A stretch of 64,000 nt of DNA from an uncultured Planctomycetota bacterium (lineage in GTDB: Bacteria > Planctomycetota > Planctomycetia > Gemmatales > Gemmataceae): positions 896,001 to 960,000 of the forward strand of contig CAWKHF010000012.1 of NCBI GenBank assembly GCA_963849325.1, given 5' to 3'. Shown piece after piece: positions 41,033 to 50,940 of this stretch. Below the pieces are notes generated by a model that was not told the origin of the DNA, did not search any database, and saw nothing but the letters and a program-made list of their open reading frames with translations. Position 1 is the stretch's first letter; every line of letters begins with the position of its first letter. The position numbers and the translations under genes were made by a program.

Positions 41033-42118
41033 ATGCGAACCTTCTGGACGACGATGCTTTGGGTCTGGCTGACTGTTCCGGCGACGGCCGGCGTCATCGA
41101 CACCGTGGCGGGCACTGGCGCGGCGGGCTACACCGGCGACGGCGGCCGAGCGACCGCCGCCCGGCTCAACCAGCCCTTCCACTGCGCCCTCGGCGGCGAC
41201 GGCCAACTCTATGTCGCCGACGCCTTGAACCACTGCATTCGGCGGATCGCCCTGAAGACCGGCGTCATCACGACGGTGGCCGGCTCGGGCGTCAAGGGTT
41301 ACAGCGGCGACGGCGGCCCGGCGACGAAGGCAACCTTCAACGAGCCTTACGCCGTGGCCGTCAACGAGGCCGGCGACCTGTACGTCGTCGATCGTCTCAA
41401 CGCCGTGGTCCGGTTGGTGAAGGCCGACAGCGGCGTCATCACGACGCTGGCCGGCACCGGCGAGCGGCGCCGCTCCGGCGACGGCGGCGCGGCGGCCAAG
41501 GCGGCCCTGGTCGAGCCGAATGATTGTTGCCTGGACGGCAAGGATGGATTGCTCATCGCCGACGTGGGCGACGGCCGCATCCGCCGCGTCGATCTGCGCA
41601 CCGGCAAGATCACGACGTTTGCCGGCACGGTGCGCCCCAAGGGCAAGGTCGATCGTCGGACCATCGGCGACGGCGGACGCGCCGACCGGGCCGTGCTCGT
41701 TGGGGCGCGGGCGGTGTGTGTGGACGGCGCCGGCAATACGTACATCTGCGAGCGCGAGGGCAACGCCGTGCGCCAGGTCGATGCCAAGGGCATCATCACG
41801 ACCCTGGCCGGCACCGGCGCCCGCGGCGCCGCCGATGGTCCCGCCGACAAGGCGACGTTTCACGGACCCAAGGCCATTCGCTGCGACGCTGCGGGAAATG
41901 TCTACATTGTCGATACGGAAAATCACTCCATCCGCCGCATCGACATCAAGGCGCGGCGCGTGACGACGGTGGTGGGCGGCCGCCAGGGCGGCGCGGGCGA
42001 CGGCGGCGACGCGCGGCAGGCCGAACTCGACCGGCCGCACGGCTGCGTCCTCGATGGCGACGGCGTCCTGTACATCGCCGATACGAACAACCACCGCGTT
42101 CGCCGCGTCAAGCCCTGA
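41033..42118 (+). CDS. Secreted NHL-repeat beta-propeller protein
   Basis: Six repeats of T.AGTG..G..GDGG.A..A....P...LY.AD..NH.IRR. Confidence 0.92.
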   Translation: MRTFWTTMLWVWLTVPATAGVIDTVAGTGAAGYTGDGGRATAARLNQPFHCALGGDGQLYVADALNHCIRRIALKTGVITTVAGSGVKGYSGDGGPATKATFNEPYAVAVNEAGDLYVVDRLNAVVRLVKADSGVITTLAGTGERRRSGDGGAAAKAALVEPNDCCLDGKDGLLIADVGDGRIRRVDLRTGKITTFAGTVRPKGKVDRRTIGDGGRADRAVLVGARAVCVDGAGNTYICEREGNAVRQVDAKGIITTLAGTGARGAADGPADKATFHGPKAIRCDAAGNVYIVDTENHSIRRIDIKARRVTTVVGGRQGGAGDGGDARQAELDRPHGCVLDGDGVLYIADTNNHRVRRVKP

Positions 42119-42274
42119 TCCGCCAGGGCCGAGGGCACGCTCACGGTGGACCTCGCCCCGGACCCGCTGCGCGACACGGCCTCACGACCGTCCTGCGCGG
42201 CCGAGTTGGAGACCTTTGAAGAAAAGCCGGATGGGACGATTGTTCCGCATTTGCGGAGCACAGCCGAGGCGCGG

Positions 42275-43657
42275 TCACCAGCGCAGGATGCAATCGCTGG
42301 TGGCGGTAAACAGGCCGTGTTTCCCCTCGAACGGGGCCGTCTCCGTGTGGTAATCGTAGCGGACCTCCTGTCGCAGTTGCAGCCACTTGACCGGACGGAA
42401 CGTCAGGACCGTCGCCGGCGCCACGTACAGCCCCGCGAACCCCGTTCGCTGTCCCTGGAAGTCGTCGAAGAGTTCCAGCCGCGTCGCGCCGTTGAAGCGC
42501 TCCGTGAAGTTGTAGGTGAGGTAGTTGACGAGGTGCAGCCAGTTCGCCGTGCCGATGTCCGGCACGTTGTTGGTGAACCCGTACAAACTCTCGAAGGTGT
42601 AAACCAGGTTGGGATTGATTTTGTGCGTGGCGATCAGGTCGAGGATTTCGGGGTTGTGGAAGTTGTGTTCCTGGTCGAAGCGTCCCTTGTCGATGATGAC
42701 GTTGAGCAGCAGGCTATTGCGCAGATCCGGTGACACCCCTTTGACACTACCGATGAAGGTCGGCGTGTCGGTCGGGCCGAAGAAGTTATCGTTGCCCAGG
42801 ACCAAACCCGCCTGCACGGACACGGTCTCGCTGAGCTTGGTCGTCGTCAGGATGCCGGTCTGGGTGAAGGGATTGTAAATGAAGGCGTAGGCGTGCGAGA
42901 CGAGAGGATTGTCCGGGGCGGGGATCTGTTCCACGCCGAACTGGGAGAAGAAACGGCCAACCTTCACGTCCATCCCGCGGGCCACGCTGGGGAAATACGC
43001 CTCGGCGTAAAACTCGACGGGATCGATGCCGTACAGGTTCGGACCCCCGTTGCTGGCGGTCAGTTGGCCGTTGAAGAGGCCGCGCGGCAGGGTGAAGAAA
43101 TAATCCGAGCCGGGTAAAATCCAATCCGAGCGGAAGCCGAAACTCGGCTCGCTGGTGCCGCTGGTGACGACGGGCCGGTCGATGCGCAGCCAGTTCTGTT
43201 CCAGCAGGAACTGGTTGGCCTTGTAGTTCATACCGTAGGGCAGCTGATCGCGTTGATCGGTGCTGGCCGTGAAGTTGCCCTGCGTCCAGCCGTAGACCTG
43301 GGTGCGCTGGTCCTCCAGGCCGGCGCCCAGCCACGTCCCCTGAACGGTTCGCATGAACGGCCAACGCTCCGGTGCCTTGATGGCCTGCGATACGGGCGTC
43401 GGCTGGGCGGCCGCCGGTCCCGCCGTGGGCGTCGGGACCAGGATGGGGGCCGGCACTGCTCGGGCCGGTCCCGGCGTGCCGGCATCCTCAGGTGGCTGGG
43501 ATTCCTCCGTGTCGCCGTCCACGGCTTCCGCCGAGACGGACGGCGCGGACACGGGCGGCGCGGGAGCGCTATCGGGCTGGGCCCCTGCGGACAGGACCAT
43601 GCCCAACCAGGCCAACAGACCGGCCGCCCATCGGGCACCGGGCACCGTCGCGGCCAT
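42275..43657 (-). CDS. Outer-membrane beta-barrel porin (BBP2-like)
   Basis: Signal peptide, Pro-rich N-terminus, QFLLEQNWL, VKVGRF, RLELFDD..G.RTG, terminal aromatic residue (LRW). Confidence 0.85.
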   Translation of the reverse strand: MAATVPGARWAAGLLAWLGMVLSAGAQPDSAPAPPVSAPSVSAEAVDGDTEESQPPEDAGTPGPARAVPAPILVPTPTAGPAAAQPTPVSQAIKAPERWPFMRTVQGTWLGAGLEDQRTQVYGWTQGNFTASTDQRDQLPYGMNYKANQFLLEQNWLRIDRPVVTSGTSEPSFGFRSDWILPGSDYFFTLPRGLFNGQLTASNGGPNLYGIDPVEFYAEAYFPSVARGMDVKVGRFFSQFGVEQIPAPDNPLVSHAYAFIYNPFTQTGILTTTKLSETVSVQAGLVLGNDNFFGPTDTPTFIGSVKGVSPDLRNSLLLNVIIDKGRFDQEHNFHNPEILDLIATHKINPNLVYTFESLYGFTNNVPDIGTANWLHLVNYLTYNFTERFNGATRLELFDDFQGQRTGFAGLYVAPATVLTFRPVKWLQLRQEVRYDYHTETAPFEGKHGLFTATSDCILRW

Positions 43658-43761
43658 GCAGGTCTCTCCTCCTTGCGCAACCCGCATACGTCGCACGGAA
43701 GGAATATCGGTTCGCTCTTTTGCTCGCCTGCACGGGAAAAAGCGATCTCGTCACTCCGGAA

Positions 43762-43813
43762 AAGCGAGGCAGTCCGGGAAGTCCCCAGCGGGACCTCCCG
43801 GACTGCCTCGCTT
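43762..43813 (-). terminator. Long hairpin downstream of the Cys/Tyr-rich gene
   Basis: AAGCGAGGCAGTCCGGGA ... TCCCGGACTGCCTCGCTT; followed by TTTT on the minus strand. Confidence 0.65.
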
Positions 43814-43828
43814 ATCCTGTCCGCGGGA

Positions 43829-44917
43829 TCAACGGCTGACGAGCGTGATCGGCAGGGTCGGCTTGTCGCCCCCCACTTCCACTTTTTGCTGATACAAGAA
43901 TCGGCCCGTCGCGTCCTGGACGTAGACGAACCAGGTGCCCGGCGTCAGCGTCGTCCGGAAGCGGCCCCCGTCGTCGGCGGTCACCGCCTGCCGTGTGGCC
44001 TGCTTGTCGGCGCTGACGAACAGGACTTGCGCTCGCCCCTGGGCGCGCGGATCGGCCCGGACGACCTGTCCTTGCGTGCTGTGCCGCGGCGCCGCGGTGA
44101 TGCGGTCGAAGCGGACGCGAGCGTTCGGGGCCGGCGCGGTCGGCTGGGCGGGCACCGGCGCCTGCAACTGCGGTTGACGGAACGACGAGTTGCCCGGCGT
44201 GTACGGCATCCGCGGGGCGCTGCTGCCGGGTCCGAATTTCATGCCCTGGGCCTGACCGGGTGGCGGCGCCTCGGTACTGTTGACGGCCGGCGGCGGAGCG
44301 GTCGGCTGACTCGATACGCCCGGCGGCGGGGCGGCCGGCTGACTCGACACGGCCGGCGGCGGAGCGGCGGGGACCGACGAGACTCCCGGCGGCGGCGCCG
44401 CGATCGGCGCCCCCACGCTCGTCGTGCAGCACGTCGTCACCGGCTCGTAGTAGAACGCCTGCTGGTACAACGTCACCGGCTGCATGCAGCAGCGCTGCAA
44501 GTAGCTTGTCACCGGGCAGCACTGCGAACGCAGCCGATAGCTGGTCACCGGACAGGCGGTCTGCTGGTAGCTGCACGTACACGGGTCGTAGGAGCAGCTA
44601 TAGCGGTAGGTCGTCACCGGCTCGTAGTAGTAGCTGGTGCGGTAGGTGGTGACCGGCTCCATGTAGCAACTCTGCCGGTAGGTGGTGACCGGCCGATAGT
44701 AGCAGCGCTGCACGTAGCGCGTCGTGCATTGCTGGCAGCCGCCGCACGGCGCGGGGGCCGCGGCGGGGATCGGCGCCGGCACGGCGACATAGTTGGAGCT
44801 GCGGCACGAGTTACAACAGACCTGGAAAACATTGTTCCAGGCCGCCGGGGCGGGACCGTTGGCCATCGCAAGGGCCGCCAGCGCGCAGCACCACAATGAA
44901 CCCCGACAGGGTCTCAT
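43829..44917 (-). CDS. Secreted Cys/Tyr/Thr/Val-rich (YTV-like) repeat protein with Pro-rich linker and C-terminal beta domain
   Basis: Seven PVT(T/S/L)(Y/C) units, mostly at 12-aa spacing, and APPP(G/A)VSS repeats. Confidence 0.8.
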   Translation of the reverse strand: MRPCRGSLWCCALAALAMANGPAPAAWNNVFQVCCNSCRSSNYVAVPAPIPAAAPAPCGGCQQCTTRYVQRCYYRPVTTYRQSCYMEPVTTYRTSYYYEPVTTYRYSCSYDPCTCSYQQTACPVTSYRLRSQCCPVTSYLQRCCMQPVTLYQQAFYYEPVTTCCTTSVGAPIAAPPPGVSSVPAAPPPAVSSQPAAPPPGVSSQPTAPPPAVNSTEAPPPGQAQGMKFGPGSSAPRMPYTPGNSSFRQPQLQAPVPAQPTAPAPNARVRFDRITAAPRHSTQGQVVRADPRAQGRAQVLFVSADKQATRQAVTADDGGRFRTTLTPGTWFVYVQDATGRFLYQQKVEVGGDKPTLPITLVSR

Positions 44918-45143
44918 GGTACAATCTCCTTACCACGGGTGTTTGGTTGAATGGGTCTCTTGTCTGTTCCAGCACAAACGGGTGAGGCCCACGAAACCTC
45001 TCGCTTGCTTCGGCGCACCCTCGGTTCACGCCGACTACATCTTTAACCTTAATGGGCTGAAACCGGCAATCAAGAGAGGCGGCCGCATTCCCAGCGGGAA
45101 ATTCCTACCGTGGCTGTTAAAGTTGACAGGTCCGGCAAAATCA

Positions 45144-45173
45144 ACAACCCCCGAAGGGTCCCTCGGGGGTTGT
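45144..45173. terminator. Hairpin downstream of tpx
   Basis: ACAACCCCCGA ... TCGGGGGTTGT. Confidence 0.5.
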
Positions 45174-45235
45174 GGGCTTGCTTTTCATCCGGTCCTGAAG
45201 TCGGACGCGCAGTGGGTTGACGGAATTGCAGCTGC

Positions 45236-45757
45236 TTAACCGGCGGCGGCCTTGACGGCGGCCAGGGCGGCATCGTAGTTGGGATGAGAGCCGACCTCGG
45301 GTACGTACTCCGCATACGCGATCGTGCCATTTTTATCGACGACGAAGACGGCCCGGCTGAGGAGCGGCAACGGCAGCCCCTCGATCAACACGCCGTAATT
45401 CTGACCGAACGAGTGGTTGTGGACGTCCGACAGCGTTTGCATGTTGGTGATGTTCTCGGCGCCGCAGAAGCGTTTCTGGGCGAAGGGCAGGTCGAGGCTA
45501 ACGGTGTAGCAGGCGAGCTTGTCCTTGAGGCTGCCGAGCGACTCGTCGAACTTCTTGGTCATCTGGCTGCACACCGGCGTATCCAGCGACGGCACCACGC
45601 TGAACAGCCGAGCCTTGGCCGGCGTCTTGCCCAGGTCCACGAGGTCGAGTCCACTCAGGCAGGTGAAGTTCGGCGCCTTGTCGCCCGCCTTGAGCTGCGG
45701 GCCGACCAGCGTCAGCGGATTGCCTTTGAACGTGACCGCGTTCGCGCGTTTCTGCAT
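45236..45757 (-). CDS. tpx: Thiol peroxidase (atypical 2-Cys peroxiredoxin)
   Basis: VTFKGNPL, VPSLDTPVC, SLDLPFAQKRFC, SRAVFVVD, YVPEV..HPNY. Confidence 0.95.
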   Translation of the reverse strand: MQKRANAVTFKGNPLTLVGPQLKAGDKAPNFTCLSGLDLVDLGKTPAKARLFSVVPSLDTPVCSQMTKKFDESLGSLKDKLACYTVSLDLPFAQKRFCGAENITNMQTLSDVHNHSFGQNYGVLIEGLPLPLLSRAVFVVDKNGTIAYAEYVPEVGSHPNYDAALAAVKAAAG

Positions 45758-45981
45758 GGGGAGATCCTCTCTTCTTCGGTGTGAACACACGCTGACAACC
45801 CGGTCAAGATATGCCTGTCTCCCGCGATCGTCAAACCGCTGGCACCTCCGCGTCGCGCCGCGTCTCGGCTTCCCATTCAAGTCGTTCTCCCGCACAACCG
45901 AACAAAAGATCGTACTCGTGTTGTTCCCATTGCGCGGGTTGTGCGCTTCGCTCCATCGCCAGGCAGGGAGGGGTGGGAGAG

Positions 45982-47226
45982 ATGGGATGCTTGCACCGTC
46001 TCCCCTTGCTCGTCCGGGGCGTGGTGCTCTTGCTTTTGGCGGGAGGAAGCGTTTGTGGTTGCACGGCGCGTCCGCGGGACGATTGCCCCCTTCGGGAAGA
46101 TGCCCCGCGTCCGCTGCAAGAACTTTATCCCGCCGTGGAAGCGCCGGCCGCCGCGGGCCTGGCGACCGCCCTGAGCGTGCTGGCGCCGGCCCCTCCGGCC
46201 GTCCCTCGACCTCTCCAGGTCCTCGCCCTCTCCGGCGGCGTGGCGGGGGCACCGTTTACGGCTGGTGTGCTAGTAGGCTGGACGCAGTCCGGCACGCGGC
46301 CCATGTTCGACGAGGTGACCGGAATCAGCAGCGGCGCCTTGATCGGCGCCTACGCCTTCCTCGGACCCAAGTACGATCCCGAGATGAAACGCTTGATTTT
46401 GACCCTCCGCGCCGCGGACCTGTTTCGCTTTCGGCCGTTGCGCTGGATGATGCGCGATGGGGCGTTCGGCTCGGCGGAACCGGCCCAGCGACTGATCCGC
46501 AACGTGTACCACGACGATTTCGTCGCCGATCTGCGGCAGGCCCACGCCGAAGGACGCCGTCTTTTCGTCGGCACCATGAGCGTGCAGACCAAGCAGCTGG
46601 TGATCTGGGACGTTGGGGCCATCGCGTCGAGCGGCCGTCCCGACGCCGCCGACCTTGTCCGCAAGGTGCTCCTGGCCGCGGTGTCGTGGCCGGGAGCCGT
46701 GCCGCCGGTCGAGTTCGACGTGGAAGTGAATGGTCGTTGTTACCGCGAACAACATTGCGACGCCGGCTCGGCCGCCATGGCGTTCGTGCGTTTCGGGCCG
46801 CTGCCCGGCTGGCCTCCGTCATGCGCTCCCGTTCAGCCCGGCTGGCTGGCCGGCTCGGACCTGTACGTCCTCGCCAGTCGCAAGCTGTACTCCGACCCGG
46901 CGCCCGTTCGCAAGTGCGCCCTGCCTCGCCTGCTGCTGTCCGTCTCCGCCATCTTTGAAGCCCTGACGCGGGCGGACATCGCTCGGCTGTATTCCTTCTG
47001 CGCCGTCTCCGGGATGCGTTTCAACCTGCTCGCTCTGCCCGCCGACTTTCACGGAGCGCCGCCGAGCATGAGTAACCTGTATCCCAAGGATGCGCGGCCC
47101 CTATTTGAGATGGGATGTCAAATCGGCGCACGCGGTCCTTGTTGGCGGCATACGCCGCCGGGCGCCGGACCCGGCGAGGAGGCCGTGCCGCGCGATGGGT
47201 CCAACATCAAGCCCTGTGGGTTGTAA
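45982..47226 (+). CDS. Patatin-like phospholipase lipoprotein
   Basis: Lipobox VCGC, LALSGG..GA, GISSG nucleophile elbow, DAG. Confidence 0.85.
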   Translation: MGCLHRLPLLVRGVVLLLLAGGSVCGCTARPRDDCPLREDAPRPLQELYPAVEAPAAAGLATALSVLAPAPPAVPRPLQVLALSGGVAGAPFTAGVLVGWTQSGTRPMFDEVTGISSGALIGAYAFLGPKYDPEMKRLILTLRAADLFRFRPLRWMMRDGAFGSAEPAQRLIRNVYHDDFVADLRQAHAEGRRLFVGTMSVQTKQLVIWDVGAIASSGRPDAADLVRKVLLAAVSWPGAVPPVEFDVEVNGRCYREQHCDAGSAAMAFVRFGPLPGWPPSCAPVQPGWLAGSDLYVLASRKLYSDPAPVRKCALPRLLLSVSAIFEALTRADIARLYSFCAVSGMRFNLLALPADFHGAPPSMSNLYPKDARPLFEMGCQIGARGPCWRHTPPGAGPGEEAVPRDGSNIKPCGL

Positions 47227-47355
47227 ACCTCTCGCCTCCACCTCTTGTCAATTCCGTTTCCAAACGGCAACACCTTCTCCGGCTCGTGCGGCCTTGTCGG
47301 GCCTATTTCCCCATCCACACGCCGAAAAGGGGCGAATGAGAGAGATGGCGAGATT

Positions 47356-47371
47356 CGGCATCGCAATTGCT
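47356..47371 (+). promoter_or_regulatory. Possible sigma-54 (-24/-12) promoter
   Basis: CGGCATCGCAATTGCT has GG-N10-GC spacing with TTGC. Confidence 0.45.
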
Positions 47372-47595
47372 AAAAGAGAGGCCAAGGTACTGAACTCGCC
47401 TCGTTCGTACGGAAATGTGCTGCCTCCCGCCTTCGCCTGCGGGGATAGCGGATTCACTTCTCCCCAAAGGTCGATGTGCCGGCCCCGGCGGTCCCCCCGC
47501 CGGGGCTGGCCTGCCATCCGTCAACGACGGCTGGGAACGGCCTTGACCTCCCCCTCCCTCTGTGCGATACAACTCGCTTCACGGGAGATGCGATC

Positions 47596-48030
47596 ATGCG
47601 CCGAAGGGGGACGGCTTGGGTTGCGGCCGTGGTGGCCGCCGCGCTGAGCGGCTGCGGGACGGTGGTGAATTGCACCGCCGTTAACGGCCCAGCCGCCCGC
47701 GAGATCTACGGCGGCGTCAAGCAGGACGTGCAAAACGGCTCCGGCCATCTCGCCGAGGCGTTTTACGGACCCTGCCCCTCCTTCTCCCCCTATCCCACCT
47801 CGCCCAACTCCGGTCCCAATCTGCTGGGCAAATCGTTCTGCGCCGGCTGCGGAGTCTGCATGCTGGCCCTCGATCTGCCGGTTTCCTTCGTGGCGGACAC
47901 GCTCACTCTGCCCGTCACCATCCCCGCCGCTCTGAGCAAAACGAAAGAGCCGCGCAAGCGCAAGCGATCTTCGGCCCAGGCACGGACAGCGGTTACACTC
48001 CCGACAACGCAGTCGAGGACGGGCGGATGA
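47596..48030 (+). CDS. YceK/YidQ-family lipoprotein
   Basis: LSGCGTV lipobox, IYGGVKQD, LDLPVSFVADTLTLP. Confidence 0.85.
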   Translation: MRRRGTAWVAAVVAAALSGCGTVVNCTAVNGPAAREIYGGVKQDVQNGSGHLAEAFYGPCPSFSPYPTSPNSGPNLLGKSFCAGCGVCMLALDLPVSFVADTLTLPVTIPAALSKTKEPRKRKRSSAQARTAVTLPTTQSRTGG

Positions 48031-48168
48031 TTCCTCGTCGTCAGTCGGGATAACGGCCGATGGGTCTTCTTCCCGATACTTTCCGCTGGCAAACCGGCCC
48101 CTCGCTCCGGTACGATAAATCTTCATCGTGGTCCAACACCGAGTTGTCTTGAAGCGAGAAGAACCCGC

Positions 48169-49887
48169 ATGACGCTCATCCCGACCTGCTGGCCCCGCGC
48201 ACGGCCCTGCTCCTGGTGATCGTCGCGGCCGTCATTCCTGCCGCCGCGAGGGCGGAGGACGCTCTGCCGCTGAAGACCCTCGCCAACCTCAAGGCGGCGA
48301 CCGTGTTCCTCAAGGTTGAGGATGGCCGCGATGCGGCCAGCGGCACCGGCTTCGTCATCAAGACGGAAGGACAGACCGCGTACCTCGTCACCAATCACCA
48401 CGTCATCGACCTCGCCGACGGCAAGCCGCGGCCGTTCGCCAGGCCGCCAGTCATCACGGCCGTCTTCGGCAGCGGCACGAAGAACGATCGTTCCGCCCGC
48501 GCCGAGGTGCTCGCCTCCGACGTTCGCCGCGACCTGGCCGTGCTCAAGGTCCAGGGTGTGCGCGATTTGCCTCCACCCATCGAGTACGACCACGAGCCGC
48601 AATTGATCGAGACCATGCCGGTCTACATCCTCGGCTTTCCGCTGGGCGAGATGTTGGCGACGGGCAAGGGCAACCCGGCCATCACGGTCAACCGAGGCTC
48701 GGTGTCCAGCATCCGCATGAATGACCACGGCGAGGTGGCGACGGTGCAGATCGACGGCGACATCACGCCGGGCAACAGCGGCGGGCCGGTCGTGGACGCA
48801 CGCGGCCGACTCATCGGCATCGCCGTCGCCACCATCCGCGGTCGAAACATCGGCTTTGCCATCCCCGGCATCGCCCTGACGCGACTGCTGCACGGTCGGC
48901 TGCTCGAATACCATTTCACGACTCGGCCGGGTGCGTCGGGGAACCTGGAAGTGCAGGTCGAGCTGACGGTGTTCGATCCGTTCGACCGCATCCGTGGCAT
49001 CACGTTTTACTACCTGCCCCGCGATCACGGCGGCGCCCGCAAGTTGGCGGCCGTGATGGGCGTGCAGAAGGTGGACCTGCGGCGCAACCGCGGTCAGGTC
49101 ACGGGCACGTTCTCGCTCGCGGGCGGCGCGGGAGTGGAGACGCCGGTCGCCTTCCAGGCGGTCTACGTCAACGGCGAGGGCAAGACCTTCCTGAGCAACC
49201 CGCGTGTCCGCCGTTTCCGTCCCGGTGCCGCGCCGCCGCCTCCGGTGGCCGTGGCCCCTCCGGCTGTCCGACCGCCCCAGCTCGGCAATCAACCGCTCGA
49301 CAAGGAGGGGGTGACGCAGGCCCTCAAGGATCTACAAAGCGACGAAAACCATCGGCGCCGCATGGCCGCCGACCGTCTGGCGAGGACGCCGCCGGAGGAC
49401 CGCCGCGCCGGAAGTGGTCAAGGCGCTGGAGCCGCTGCTGAGCGACAAGGACTTATTCGTGCGCATGAGCGGGGTGAAGGCCTACATTCCCTGGGCGGGC
49501 AAGGACGGTGTGGCGAGGTACTATCAACTGCTCAAGTCCGATAACGTCTTCATACGGCAGCCGGTAATTGAGCCGCTGGCGAGATATGAGGGGGCGAAGG
49601 CGGCCGAGGCGTTGGCGGAGCTTTTGCTGGACCCGCATTGCCGCCATCCCGCCAGCAAGGCGCTACAAGGGATCGGGCCCGGTGCCGAAAAAGCCGTGCA
49701 GCCGTACCTGGAGAAAGGCGACTGGGTCACGCGCGGCGAGGCGTGCCGTATTCTCCAGAAAATCGGCACGGCGGATAGTCTTGAAGCCCTGAAGCGCGCC
49801 AGCACGGACCGTCAGCCCGGCGTGGCACTGCCGGCCCGCGCCGCCCTGCAAGAAATCGAAAAGCGAAAGGCCAAGGCAACGAAATGA
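48169..49887 (+). CDS. Trypsin-like (S1C) serine protease with C-terminal HEAT repeats; apparent frameshifts near 48200 and 49410
   Basis: GTGF, TNHHV, DLAVL and GNSGGP triad motifs; HEAT-like helices in the downstream frame. Confidence 0.85.
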
Positions 49888-49888
49888 G

Positions 49889-49952
49889 GGCGAACGGCCG
49901 GCGTCAGCCGGCTGGTCGAGTCAAACCAGCCGGCTGACGCCGGCCGTTCGCC
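49889..49952. repeat. REP-like perfect palindrome (28-bp arms)
   Basis: GGCGAACGGCCGGCGTCAGCCGGCTGGT-N8-ACCAGCCGGCTGACGCCGGCCGTTCGCC. Confidence 0.85.
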
Positions 49953-49972
49953 AGGTTTAAGGAGTTTCGCAC

Positions 49973-50914
49973 ATGCCCGTCCGGACTCAGTGCCCTTCCT
50001 GCAAAATGGCCATCAACGCGCCCGACGGAGCGCCTCGTCAGCGCGTGCGCTGCCCTTTCTGTGCATCCGTCTTCATGGTCGAGGCCCGGAACGCTCCACC
50101 ATCCAAGGCTGTATCGGCGCGACCGCCGGATCGAGACATGCTGCAAACCGGCAAGGACGTGCGGCCGGCGTCCCGGCGCAGCCCTCCGACGATTCGCACG
50201 CATGACGAGCCGGTCGTCACCCGCAAGTCGTCGGGCGTTCCCGTGGGTCTGCTGATTGGACTCGGCGTCGGCGTGGCCGGCCTGTTTTTCCTGCTCATCG
50301 GGGGAGGGGCCGTCCTGTGGTTCGTTCTCAGCCGATCCAGTGACCCTCCGCCTCCTGTACCTCCGCCGGTGGAAGTCGTCGCTCAGGTCGTCCCTGCTCC
50401 GGCTGTAGCGGAACCGGCGCGGCAAGTCGTCCCTGCCGCGCAGGCGGTCCCCGAAGCGCCGGCCGCCGTCGAGGGGGCCGAAGAGTTCGTGGACCTGCCG
50501 GAGCGCGGCGAGGCCATGCCGGGCGTGGCCGGACTCAATCCCGAACAACCGCAAGGCGGCGTCCCCGGGCCGGGAATGCCGGGCGCCCGGCCGCGCGTCG
50601 CCCTCTCCAACGGACGGGCGGTGCGCGTCGTGGGGAGGGCCGGCATGTCCTTCCAGGTCGATTACCGCTTCGAGCAAAGCACACCACAAGCGGCGGCGCG
50701 TTACAAATGGGTGATCCTCACGGCGCGAGGCAAGGTGTTCCCCATCTCCCTCACGGCGGCCCAGCTGCAAGCGAGCGGCACTCTTCAGGCCCGCGGCCTC
50801 GGAGCGACGTCAATCGATGCCCCTTACCAGACCTTCCTGGCCATCGAGGTGTCCGTGCCGGGGCGTCTCGGCATCCAGGTCGAGAAGATTTCCGATGTGC
50901 TGACAATCCGTTGA
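49973..50914 (+). CDS. Zinc-ribbon membrane protein with Pro-rich periplasmic linker
   Basis: CPSC...CPFC, one TM helix, AAGGAG RBS. Confidence 0.78.
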   Translation: MPVRTQCPSCKMAINAPDGAPRQRVRCPFCASVFMVEARNAPPSKAVSARPPDRDMLQTGKDVRPASRRSPPTIRTHDEPVVTRKSSGVPVGLLIGLGVGVAGLFFLLIGGGAVLWFVLSRSSDPPPPVPPPVEVVAQVVPAPAVAEPARQVVPAAQAVPEAPAAVEGAEEFVDLPERGEAMPGVAGLNPEQPQGGVPGPGMPGARPRVALSNGRAVRVVGRAGMSFQVDYRFEQSTPQAAARYKWVILTARGKVFPISLTAAQLQASGTLQARGLGATSIDAPYQTFLAIEVSVPGRLGIQVEKISDVLTIR

Positions 50915-50940
50915 CAGTGAAGAGGAGCGAAGGTGACGAC

